This document shows, one piece after another, positions 12,810 through 21,057 of a stretch of DNA of 64,000 nt. Both the position numbers and the translations under genes were made by a program. A model generated the notes under the pieces. It searched no databases and was not told where the DNA came from. It worked only from the letters and a program-made list of their open reading frames with translations. The DNA comes from Candidatus Oxydemutator sp. Lineage in GTDB: Bacteria; Pseudomonadota; Gammaproteobacteria; Poriferisulfidales; Oxydemutatoraceae. The stretch covers positions 2,208,001 to 2,272,000 of the forward strand of contig OZ241883.1 in the NCBI GenBank assembly GCA_965203445.1, given 5' to 3'. Numbering within the stretch: position 1 is the stretch's first letter; every line of letters starts with the position of its first letter.

Positions 12810-13493
12810 TCAGCGTGCCGCCAGTTGTCGCAGCACCTCGTGCGCGACCGGCGCGGACGACGCCGGGTTCTGGCCGGTTATCAAGTTGTCCGCCACCGCG
12901 ACGTGCGGCTGCCAGTCGTCGCCCTTGGAATAGCGCCCGCCGTTCTCTTTCAGGTCATCCTCGACCAGAAAAGGCACGACGTCGCGCAATCCGGCCGCGT
13001 CCTCCTCGGTGTTGGAAAAACCCGTCACCGCGCGGTGGCGCACCAATGGCGCGCCGTCCGGCGTCTTCGCGCGACGCAGCACGCACGGCCCGTGGCAGAC
13101 CGCTGCGACCGGCTTGCCGGCGGCGTGCATCGTCTCGACCAGCGCGATTGAGGAAGCGTCCTCGGCCAGATCCCACAACGGCCCGTGGCCACCCGGATAA
13201 AACACCGCATCGTAGTCCGCGCCCGACACGTCGGCCAGCTTCAACGTGGCGGCGAGCGCCTGCTGCGCCTCGTCGTCGCCCTTGAAGCGCGTGATCGCCT
13301 CGGTCTGCGAAGCAGGATCGTCGCTCTTCGGATCGAGCGGCGGCTGCCCGCCCGCGGGCGAGGCCAGCGCAATCTCGGCGCCGGCGTCTTTGAACACGTA
13401 GTACGGCGCCGCCAGCTCCTCGAGCCAGAAACCGGTAGCGGCACCAGTGTCGCCGAGGCGGTCGTGGGACGTCAAGACTATCAGGATTTTCAT
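12810..13493 (-). CDS. DJ-1/PfpI-family (type 1 glutamine amidotransferase-like) protein
   Basis: TGFWLEELAAPYY, PGGHGP, AVCHGP, ITGQNPASS. Confidence 0.93.
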   Translation of the reverse strand: MKILIVLTSHDRLGDTGAATGFWLEELAAPYYVFKDAGAEIALASPAGGQPPLDPKSDDPASQTEAITRFKGDDEAQQALAATLKLADVSGADYDAVFYPGGHGPLWDLAEDASSIALVETMHAAGKPVAAVCHGPCVLRRAKTPDGAPLVRHRAVTGFSNTEEDAAGLRDVVPFLVEDDLKENGGRYSKGDDWQPHVAVADNLITGQNPASSAPVAHEVLRQLAAR

Positions 13494-13579
13494 TTGATGA
13501 TTATACCGCCAATCCCGGACAACGGCAAAGTTCCAAGACCAATGGGAGGACTATCTGATCTACTCGAACACGCGAACCG

Positions 13580-14893
13580 TCAAGTGCGCAGACCGGCACC
13601 AGCGCGGCCGTCGCGCACCGCGACGCGGCCGAAGCGTTTTTGCAGTCTCCGCAGCGCGATCTCTCCCAGCTCGAAGCGCAGGCTCCAACCCTCGTCCGGA
13701 ACGTAGCGCTCGCTCAGGATGCTGCCGTTGTCGTAGAGGAAAGCGCGCAAGGCGGGGGCGCCGACCGGCACGTCGAGCCGGTAGATGCGCCGACGCGGCG
13801 ACAGTTGCTCGTGCAGGGCCCGTTTGAGCAAATCCAGCCCCTGCCGCGCCAGCGCCGACAAGCGCACGCCGGCGACGCCGGCACGCGCGCCGTTGCCGCG
13901 CACCAGGCACGGCTGCTCGCCGATGCGATCTATCTTGTTGAACACGTTGATCTTCGGGATGCCGGCGGCGCCGATCGAGGCGAGCACCACCTCGACCTGG
14001 TGGCGGCGTTCGGCGCAGTCCGGATCGGAGGCGTCCTCGACGTGCACGATCAAGTCGGACTCGCGCACTTCCAGCAGCGTCGCATTGAACGCCTCGACCA
14101 GTTCGTGCGGCAGATTGCGGATGAAGCCGACCGTGTCGCCGATCAACACGCCGCCGCCGGGAAGATTCACCTTGCGAACGAGCGGATCGAGCGTCGCGAA
14201 CATCCTGCTCTCGCCGTCGGCGCCGGATTCGGTCAGCGCGCGGAACAGGGTGGATTTGCCGGCGTTGGTGTAACCCACCAGCGCGACCGAGAACAGCGCG
14301 TTCTTGCGGCGCCGGCGCCGGCGCTGCCGACGCTGGCGCTTGATGCGCTCGAGCTGGCGCGCGATGCCGTCCATGCGCCGGCGCAGGAGACGGCGGTCGG
14401 TCTCGAGCTGCTTCTCGCCGGGGCCACGCAGGCCGATGCCGCCCTTTTGCCGCTCGAGGTGGCTCCAGCCACGCACAAGGCGCGTCGAGAGGTACTCGAG
14501 CTGCGCCAGTTCGACCTGCAACTTGCCCTCGTGCGACTGCGCCCTCTGCGAGAAAATGTCCAGTATCAGGCCGGTGCGGTCGAGCACCCTCGCCTGGATG
14601 CGGCTTTCGAGGTTGCGCTCCTGCCCCGGCGTCAGGTCGCGGTCCACAATCAGCAGACGCACGTCGTTTTCACGCACCCATTGCCGAACCTCCTCGGCCT
14701 TGCCGCTGCCGATGAAGTAGCGGGGATCGGGGCGGGTGCGACGCGCGCGCATCAAACCGCGACTCTCTACGCCAGCAGACGCGGCCAATTCGACAAACTC
14801 ATTTAGACCGCGCCGCCCGCCGCGTGCGCCGACGGCAACGGACATCAGCAACGCCGCGCTGCGGTCAGCGGCGGCGGCGGTTTCGTCCGTCAT
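13580..14893 (-). CDS. hflX: Ribosome-splitting GTPase HflX
   Basis: GPGEKQLETDRR, GYTNAGKST, FATLDP, DTVGFI, NKID. Confidence 0.96.
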   Translation of the reverse strand: MTDETAAAADRSAALLMSVAVGARGGRRGLNEFVELAASAGVESRGLMRARRTRPDPRYFIGSGKAEEVRQWVRENDVRLLIVDRDLTPGQERNLESRIQARVLDRTGLILDIFSQRAQSHEGKLQVELAQLEYLSTRLVRGWSHLERQKGGIGLRGPGEKQLETDRRLLRRRMDGIARQLERIKRQRRQRRRRRRKNALFSVALVGYTNAGKSTLFRALTESGADGESRMFATLDPLVRKVNLPGGGVLIGDTVGFIRNLPHELVEAFNATLLEVRESDLIVHVEDASDPDCAERRHQVEVVLASIGAAGIPKINVFNKIDRIGEQPCLVRGNGARAGVAGVRLSALARQGLDLLKRALHEQLSPRRRIYRLDVPVGAPALRAFLYDNGSILSERYVPDEGWSLRFELGEIALRRLQKRFGRVAVRDGRAGAGLRT

Positions 14894-14917
14894 CGGCCTC
14901 CATGGGGGGCATCATAT

Positions 14918-15424
14918 GGGAATTATATACATGACACCATCGAGTGGTACCGTGTATCCATTTGACGTTCCACCAGATGAGTCGCCCCTCCGGTTTTACC
15001 ACGTCCAGCAGCCCCATTCCCGAAGGCCAATATGTTCCATGCGGTATTCACGTCCGCATTATCCCGATAGCCGCACGTGAAATCCCGGGCGGCCGCCCTC
15101 CTTCTTGAAGAATTGCCGGTATGCCGTCTCTATAGGCTTCAACGACTGCCGCACTATCGCCATGGAATACTCCTGCAACCACGTATCCTCGTCCCTGCGC
15201 AACGACGTGAACCGCTTTCCCAGGGAATAAAACCGGTAATGGCACTCGTTATGCGTGGCGTACTCGCCACGCAACTTGGCCACAAAATGGTTCCACACGA
15301 ACCGGCACGCACCGGCGGTGCCCGCCAACTTGCGCGCCTTGGCCTGCGTCTGCGTGTGCAGCCGATAGCCGATTGTCCGGTGTGTCTTCATTCAATCTCG
15401 TTTGATGGTATCAAATATATTCCC
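14918..15424 (-). mobile_element. Internally deleted non-autonomous tnpB element with terminal inverted repeats and a perfect 8-bp TSD (CATCATAT)
   Basis: Ends GGGAATTATATACATGAC and ...TCAAATATATTCCC; CATCATAT at 14910-14917 and 15425-15432; both ends homologous to 61902-63187. Confidence 0.9.
15059..15391 (-). pseudogene. tnpB: Truncated tnpB (N-terminal ~104 aa joined out of frame to the 3' end)
   Basis: MKTHRTIGYRLH...AYRQFFKKEGGRPGFH matches the N-terminus of ORF 61938; the central RuvC-I/II-coding part is deleted. Confidence 0.88.
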
Positions 15425-15454
15425 CATCATATCACTTCTCAAGGCAGCAGTACG

Positions 15455-15625
15455 CTTGGAGCGTCGTGGCGGGAGTCTGACGAATACCTGAAGCACGCGG
15501 GCAGAGAACACTGCTGCACCTACCCGCGTCGTCCGAAGAGGAACGCCCGAAGAGGAATACACCGGGAAAGCGCTTCAACTTCAACCCGGCAGGAGGAGTT
15601 CGCGGATTACCAGGAACATGGATTG
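15455..15625 (-). ncRNA. Candidate structured small RNA or leader (unassigned)
   Basis: Minus-strand stems CCGGG/CCCGG and ACGCGGGTAG/CTGCCCGCGT; CU-rich CTCCTCC and 2x TTCCTCTTCGG; no credible ORF. Confidence 0.3.
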
Positions 15626-15725
15626 TTTGTGGCCCCATACATACACTTTATTTCTGGCGGCGTGGCCATTATGATAGCAGCCCGAACGGGGTGGCGCGCC
15701 GCCACGACCCAAGCCAGAGACGACG

Positions 15726-16916
15726 ATGCCGACCAGACCCTTCGCCCAACGTACGCAAAAAATCAGCCCGTCGCAGACGCTCAGCATATCGGCGCTGTCG
15801 AACCGGTTGCGCGCCGAGGGCAAGGACGTCATCAACCTGGCCGTCGGCCAGCCGGATTTTCCGACGCCGGAACACGTCAAGGACGCGGCCGCGCGCGCGA
15901 TGCGCGACGGCAAGACCGGTTATACCGCGGTCGACGGCACCGCGGAACTGAAGCAGGCCATCGTGAACAAGCTCAAACGCGACAACGACCTCGACTACGC
16001 GAGCGAACAAATCATAGTGTCGTGCGGCGCCAAGCACAGCCTCTACAACCTTTGCCAGGCGCTGCTCGACGACGGCGACGAGGTGCTGACGCCGGCGCCG
16101 TTTTGGATCTCGTACCCGGAAATGATCAAGCTCGCCGACGCCGAGCCGGTGATTATCGCCGCCGACGGCGCCCAGAACTACAAGATTACCGCGCCGCAGT
16201 TGCGGCGCTACATCAACGAGAATACCCGGCTGCTGATGCTGAACAGTCCGAACAACCCGTCGGGGATGTTGTACTCAAGGGACGAACTGGCGGCGCTCGC
16301 CGAAGTGCTGTTGCAGCACCCGAACGTCTATATATGCAGCGACGACATCTACGAACACTTCGTGTTCACCGGCGAACCGTTCGTGAACATCGTCAACGTA
16401 TGCCCGGAGCTGCACGCCAGAACCATCGTGATCAACGGCGTGTCGAAGGCCTACTCGATGACCGGCTGGCGCATCGGCTACGCCGCCGGCCCCGAAAAAC
16501 TGATAGCGGTGATGAAAAAAATCCAGTCGCAGAGCACCTCGAACCCGTGCTCGATCTCGCAGGAGGCGGCGCGCGCGGCGATGGACGGGCCGCTCGATTT
16601 CGTCGTCAACATGCGCGAGACCTTCACCGCGCGCCGCGCCTACGCCTACGACGCGCTGCAAAAAATGGACGGCGTAGAGGCGCTGGAACCGGACGGAAGT
16701 TTTTATATATTCCCGAATTTTTCGGGCGTCATCGAGCGCCACCCCGAGGTGAACAACGACTTGGAATTGGCCGAGTATCTATTGATGAAACACCACGTGG
16801 CGACGGTGCCGGGCATCGCGTTCGGCATGGCCAACCACCTGCGCTTCTCGTTCGCGACCGAAACCGAGACGTTGAAAAGAGCCATAGACAGGGTCAGGGA
16901 AATGGTCGGGGGATGA
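15726..16916 (+). CDS. aspC: PLP-dependent aspartate aminotransferase (class I/II)
   Basis: GQPDFPTP, NSPNNPSG, SDDIYEH, SKAYSMTGWRIGY. Confidence 0.88.
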   Translation: MPTRPFAQRTQKISPSQTLSISALSNRLRAEGKDVINLAVGQPDFPTPEHVKDAAARAMRDGKTGYTAVDGTAELKQAIVNKLKRDNDLDYASEQIIVSCGAKHSLYNLCQALLDDGDEVLTPAPFWISYPEMIKLADAEPVIIAADGAQNYKITAPQLRRYINENTRLLMLNSPNNPSGMLYSRDELAALAEVLLQHPNVYICSDDIYEHFVFTGEPFVNIVNVCPELHARTIVINGVSKAYSMTGWRIGYAAGPEKLIAVMKKIQSQSTSNPCSISQEAARAAMDGPLDFVVNMRETFTARRAYAYDALQKMDGVEALEPDGSFYIFPNFSGVIERHPEVNNDLELAEYLLMKHHVATVPGIAFGMANHLRFSFATETETLKRAIDRVREMVGG

Positions 16917-16969
16917 TATAATAAAGCCTCTGACGAAGGCGCGTCGCGCGCGCACGCAGGAGAAACCCG

Positions 16970-17419
16970 ATGAAAAAAACGAAAGAAATTTGCGCAGTAT
17001 TGCTCAGCTCGATACTGCTATCCGCCTGTATGAGCGCCGCTCAACATAAAGAAGCGGTCCAGGACGACTCCGCCGATCGAATGACTGTCGGGAAGGTCCA
17101 AAAAGAAATACGGGTAGGAATGACCGGGGCAGACGTTGCCACAGTCCTGGGATCCCCCAATATCGTAACCACCGATGAAAAAAGAAACGAAGTATGGATA
17201 TACGACAAAATTGCCACCGATACCGCCTATTCAAAAAGCAAAGGAGGAATTCTCGCGTTGATTTTGGGTGGTCGCTCTTCAGTCGGGGCCGGAGTAGGTG
17301 GAGGAGTCAGCCGCTCTGCTGGAGCAGACAGCAAATCGCAAAGGACGTTAACTGTAGTTATCAAATTTGATGATAAAGGAAAAGTAAAAGACTTTGCCTA
17401 CCACACGTCGCGATTCTAA
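16970..17419 (+). CDS. Lipoprotein with SmpA/BamE-like domain
   Basis: Lipobox LSAC; GMTGADVATVLGSPNIVT...WIYDK; lower GC. Confidence 0.7.
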   Translation: MKKTKEICAVLLSSILLSACMSAAQHKEAVQDDSADRMTVGKVQKEIRVGMTGADVATVLGSPNIVTTDEKRNEVWIYDKIATDTAYSKSKGGILALILGGRSSVGAGVGGGVSRSAGADSKSQRTLTVVIKFDDKGKVKDFAYHTSRF

Positions 17420-17437
17420 GAAAACGCAAATCAGTCA

Positions 17438-17989
17438 ATGAAGACATTGATAAAAAACTCATCCTGCCGCTCCACAGCACTGTTCTTGTGCCTGATTACA
17501 GCTGGGTGCGCACCGCAAATACCCGAAGACGCCCTGCAACTCTCACCGGAAACTTTGGAGCAAAGAACTCTCCAGACAAGAAAATACGAAGGCATTTCCG
17601 AAAAAAAACTGTTGGCCGCCTCTACAGGCATCATACAAGACTTAGGATTTAATCTCGACGAAAGCGAAACAAGTCTAGGCATCGTGGTCGGCTCAAAAGA
17701 GAGGGACGCCACCGAGGCCGGTCAGATAATCCTTTCTGTCCTTCTCGCGTCACTCACTGGATCGGTAACGCCCGTTGACAAGGAACAAAAAATACGAGTG
17801 GCCCTAGTAATCAGGCCAGCAACTAAAGACGATGACAAAAACCATTTCGTTAGGATCTCTTTTCAGAGGATTGTCTGGAACACCCAGGGGGATATAAGCA
17901 AAGTCGAAAGCATCAATGATCCAGAGATATATCAGAAGTTTTTTAGCAGTCTATCCAAATCCGTTTTCCTGGAGGCACAAGAAATATGA
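17438..17989 (+). CDS. Hypothetical lipoprotein
   Basis: Lipobox TAGC; QTRKYEG...QDLGF motif; YQKFFSSLSKSVFLEAQ tail. Confidence 0.7.
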   Translation: MKTLIKNSSCRSTALFLCLITAGCAPQIPEDALQLSPETLEQRTLQTRKYEGISEKKLLAASTGIIQDLGFNLDESETSLGIVVGSKERDATEAGQIILSVLLASLTGSVTPVDKEQKIRVALVIRPATKDDDKNHFVRISFQRIVWNTQGDISKVESINDPEIYQKFFSSLSKSVFLEAQEI

Positions 17990-18411
17990 AACGATCAATG
18001 ATCGCGCTGGTTTCGGTCGCTGTATGTTTTCTGGCGACAAGTTGCCAAATGTCTTCGAAACAGCAGATTTTAGCGACGTCGCAAAGTCAAGTCAGCCTGC
18101 GCAGTATCCAAACACGGGCATTTGATACGACGGAAAAAAATAAGACTCTGCGGACCGTCATAGCGACCCTGCAAGATTTGGGTTTCATAGTGGACAAAGC
18201 CGACGAAACTCTTGGCACTGTCAGCGCGACAAAATTAGACGGCTATCAACTCAGAATGACCGTCACGGTCCGCCCTAGAGGGAAAACGCAATTACTGGTC
18301 AGAGCGAGCGCTCAGTATCAAAACACGGCGGTGGATGACCCTCAACCCTATCAGGATTTTTTCACTGCTCTTGGAAAATCAATGTTCCTGACTGCACATT
18401 CAGTAGAGTGA
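17986..18411 (+). CDS. Hypothetical lipoprotein, paralog-like to the upstream gene
   Basis: Lipobox-like ATSC; QTRAFDT...LQDLGF; YQDFFTALGKSMFLTAH; ATGA overlap. Confidence 0.7.
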   Translation: MKRSMIALVSVAVCFLATSCQMSSKQQILATSQSQVSLRSIQTRAFDTTEKNKTLRTVIATLQDLGFIVDKADETLGTVSATKLDGYQLRMTVTVRPRGKTQLLVRASAQYQNTAVDDPQPYQDFFTALGKSMFLTAHSVE

Positions 18412-18508
18412 CAGCCTTCCCGACCAAATAGATCACGATACACCCCGCCCGCAAACAAGTCTGAAACTCTGGCAACCGGCTATAAAAATAAACTGAGCTT
18501 CATGCTGA

Positions 18509-18538
18509 TTGACTTGTCGCCACCCTCTCCTTTACACT
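18509..18538 (+). promoter_or_regulatory. Sigma-70 promoter of tRNA-Asn
   Basis: TTGACT-N18-TACACT ~20 nt upstream of the tRNA. Confidence 0.55.
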
Positions 18539-18557
18539 TTCAGTCTGCTCCTTGCGT

Positions 18558-18633
18558 TCCCCGATAGCTCAGTTGGTAGAGCGGGTGACTGTTAATCACT
18601 AGGTCGGCGGTTCGAGCCCGTCTCGGGGAGCCA
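18558..18633 (+). tRNA. tRNA-Asn(GTT)
   Basis: TCCCCGATAGCTCAGTTGGTAGAGC...GACT-GTT-AATC...GGTTCGAGCCC...GGGGAGCCA cloverleaf. Confidence 0.97.
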
Positions 18634-18707
18634 GATTGGCGAAAGCGCACGCTTTGCCCTCAGGCCGATACATCGGCACCCGTGTAAGAACACGGCGACG
18701 ACAAAAA

Positions 18708-19601
18708 ATGACCGACGTGAAACCACTCCCTAAGATAAAAGAACTTCTGTTCCCGACACTGAAGGCCATCAAAAAAGAAGGTGGTTCTGCGACCAAATCA
18801 GAGTTGGAGAAAACCGTTCCCGAGATTGCCGGAATCAGCGAAGCACAACTCGAAGTAAAGTTTCCGCAAGGATCTGCACATGAGGGACGCCCCAAGATTC
18901 TTTACAAGATCGGGTGGGTCCTTACGCAACTCAAAAAGTTGGAGGCGGTAAACAACAGCGAACGCGGGGTCTGGTCGGCCACTTCCACGGGACTCGAATA
19001 CCTGGCAGATGAGAATAAACTGATAAAAGACTACAAGGCATTAAAAACTAAGCGGAACAAGTTGTATAAGTTAAGAAAAAACCAGATTGGACAGACAGAA
19101 GATCAAGAAGACAACATAGAAGACGACGAGGCGGAAGATGGCTGGAAGAACAGCCTGCTGAAGACACTGAAGAACATAGCCCCGGATGCATTCGAGCGCC
19201 TCACGATGCGCATCCTCAAAGAGGCCGGGTTTCGCAACGTCGAGGTCCTGGGCAAGTCGGGCGATCAGGGCATAGATGGCGTCGGCACGTATAAGGTGTC
19301 ATTGGTGAGCTTCCCGACGTACTTTCAGTGCAAGCGCTATTTCGGCAGCGTCTCCGCCGGCGCCGTCAGAGACTTTCGCGGCGCCATGGCCGGCCGAGGC
19401 GACAAAGGCATACTCATCACCACCGGGACCTTCACCTCCTCTGCAAGGTCGGAAGCAAACAAACCCGGCGCGCCACCCATAGACCTGATTGACGGCGACG
19501 AATTGTGCGATCTGCTGGTCGAATACGAAATCGGAGTTCGCGTAGAACAACGAACCGTCAAGGACATCACCGTCGACAAAGGCTTTTTCGAGAGCGTCTG
19601 A
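18708..19601 (+). CDS. mrr: Mrr-family (type IV) restriction endonuclease
   Basis: Mrr N-terminal wHTH (IGWVLTQLKK...RGVW); catalytic FERL...DQGIDG...QCKRY...IDLIDG. Confidence 0.9.
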   Translation: MTDVKPLPKIKELLFPTLKAIKKEGGSATKSELEKTVPEIAGISEAQLEVKFPQGSAHEGRPKILYKIGWVLTQLKKLEAVNNSERGVWSATSTGLEYLADENKLIKDYKALKTKRNKLYKLRKNQIGQTEDQEDNIEDDEAEDGWKNSLLKTLKNIAPDAFERLTMRILKEAGFRNVEVLGKSGDQGIDGVGTYKVSLVSFPTYFQCKRYFGSVSAGAVRDFRGAMAGRGDKGILITTGTFTSSARSEANKPGAPPIDLIDGDELCDLLVEYEIGVRVEQRTVKDITVDKGFFESV

Positions 19602-19865
19602 AGAGCATTTGCAAAGAACAAACGGCCTTTTATTTGGCGAGTACCCTGCAAGAAACATTCTACGGAAATAGAATAGAAATTCTCCCAATGTCAGCGGGAC
19701 TAATACTAATGTAGGGGGAAGGTCAGTCAAACTGAATTGCAATTAAGGTCCGCACGAACGGGTACTGGTGTTTTAACTGTAAATAGGCGCTGAGAAGCAC
19801 TTCGCCGACTCAATAGTTGACTAGGCACTTATAGCACCGAACATAGCCCAAGTACAAAATCTATT

Positions 19866-20357
19866 TCAGCTCTGCTCGTTATCAACAACCAGAACAGGGT
19901 CCGACTCCGTTTCCATTTTAATTTTTGACTTCTCACGCTGTTTCGTTGCTTTTGCCACTTGCTTTATGCGCTTTTTAGCTTCGTCGCTTTCAATCAAATC
20001 GCGTTTGATAACTTCATCAGCTATCATTTCCTTGATTTCATCCGCTCCAACCTTCAAGCCCGCCTTTATTTTTCGGACTTCTCTTCGGATTATATTTATC
20101 ACCGGTTCCGTCAATAAAACTGCGCCGACGGTATAACGGTTTACTGATTGCCTATATTCATAAAACTCAGTTATTACATCTTTTGCCACACCACGTTTGC
20201 ACAACAGAAAAAGCATTTGCTGATGGTCGCCATTTTTCGGATTTAACTCAAGAAAATCAAAAGCAAGCAGCTTTTTGCTCTGTACTTTTCCATCGCAATC
20301 AACCCTATGGATTTCCCAGTTTATTCCATTCGTCAACATCGCCCATTTAATTCCTCC
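19866..20357 (-). pseudogene. 5'-truncated HsdR-N-like restriction-nuclease-domain gene
   Basis: Frame begins at 'GIKWAMLTNGINW', an internal LTNG motif of the family; the N-terminal nuclease part is absent; low GC. Confidence 0.6.
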
Positions 20358-20513
20358 CTTAGGCGCTTGACAGTTGTTGCGGGGACATTAGTGTTGGCCA
20401 TAGTTCCTCCAATCCATAATTTTGTTTATGCCAAAAAGCCACTTCCCAAGAGAAGCTTTTGGCTTCCATTGAAATGAATACTCTCCTGACATCTCTTACT
20501 ATGACCAGAGTCA

Positions 20514-20781
20514 CAGTCGTCGGGAGAAATTCCATTCTATCAGGCTGTCGTCTCCCAAAGCGTCTGCGACGGCACGGCATACAGTCTGTCGCCGAAAGGC
20601 AGGAGCCTCTCGCCGTTATACACCAGCACCCCGCCCGCGAAACGTTCGCCCGTTGCGTCCCTGAGTTTGCGCAGTCCGCGAAAGTCGGACTTTGTGACTG
20701 TGGCAGACGTCTTCACCTCCACCCCCGCCAAGCCGTCGCGCCGCGCTCTATCACGATGTCCACTTCCGTACCGCCCCTGTC
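20514..20781 (-). pseudogene. Duplicated, frameshifted 3' fragment of the AAA/DUF4143 ATPase gene (direct repeat of ~33376-33644)
   Basis: GVEVKTSATVTKSDFRGLRKLRDATGERFAGGVLVY nearly identical to the C-terminus of ORF 33402-34646. Confidence 0.85.
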
Positions 20782-20911
20782 CCCATCCGCCATCCGGCGG
20801 CGACGGCCTTGCACCAAGCCGGCGACGGCGTCAACCAAGCCATGGCCGGCGACGCCAACCAGGCCACAACTTCCCCCCATACCATCCCGCCCCTCTCTCT
20901 ATAATGCCGCC

Positions 20912-21057
20912 ATGCCGCTGAACAAAGCGGATACGCGGGCCAAGCTGATTGACCCCGCCCTGCACCGGAAAAGACTACGACCGGGCGATTGGACGCGAAC
21001 CCGGTGATGCGGACGCCCTACTACAACCGCGGAATTGCCAAAGCCAAGCGGGGCGAC
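20912..21057 (+). pseudogene. Gene scraps: type I HsdR N-terminus followed by a TPR-repeat fragment
   Basis: MPLNKADTRAKLIDPALH (HsdR-like start, TATAAT upstream), then DYDRAIGREPGDADA/YYNRGIAKAKRGD with a frameshift. Confidence 0.55.
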
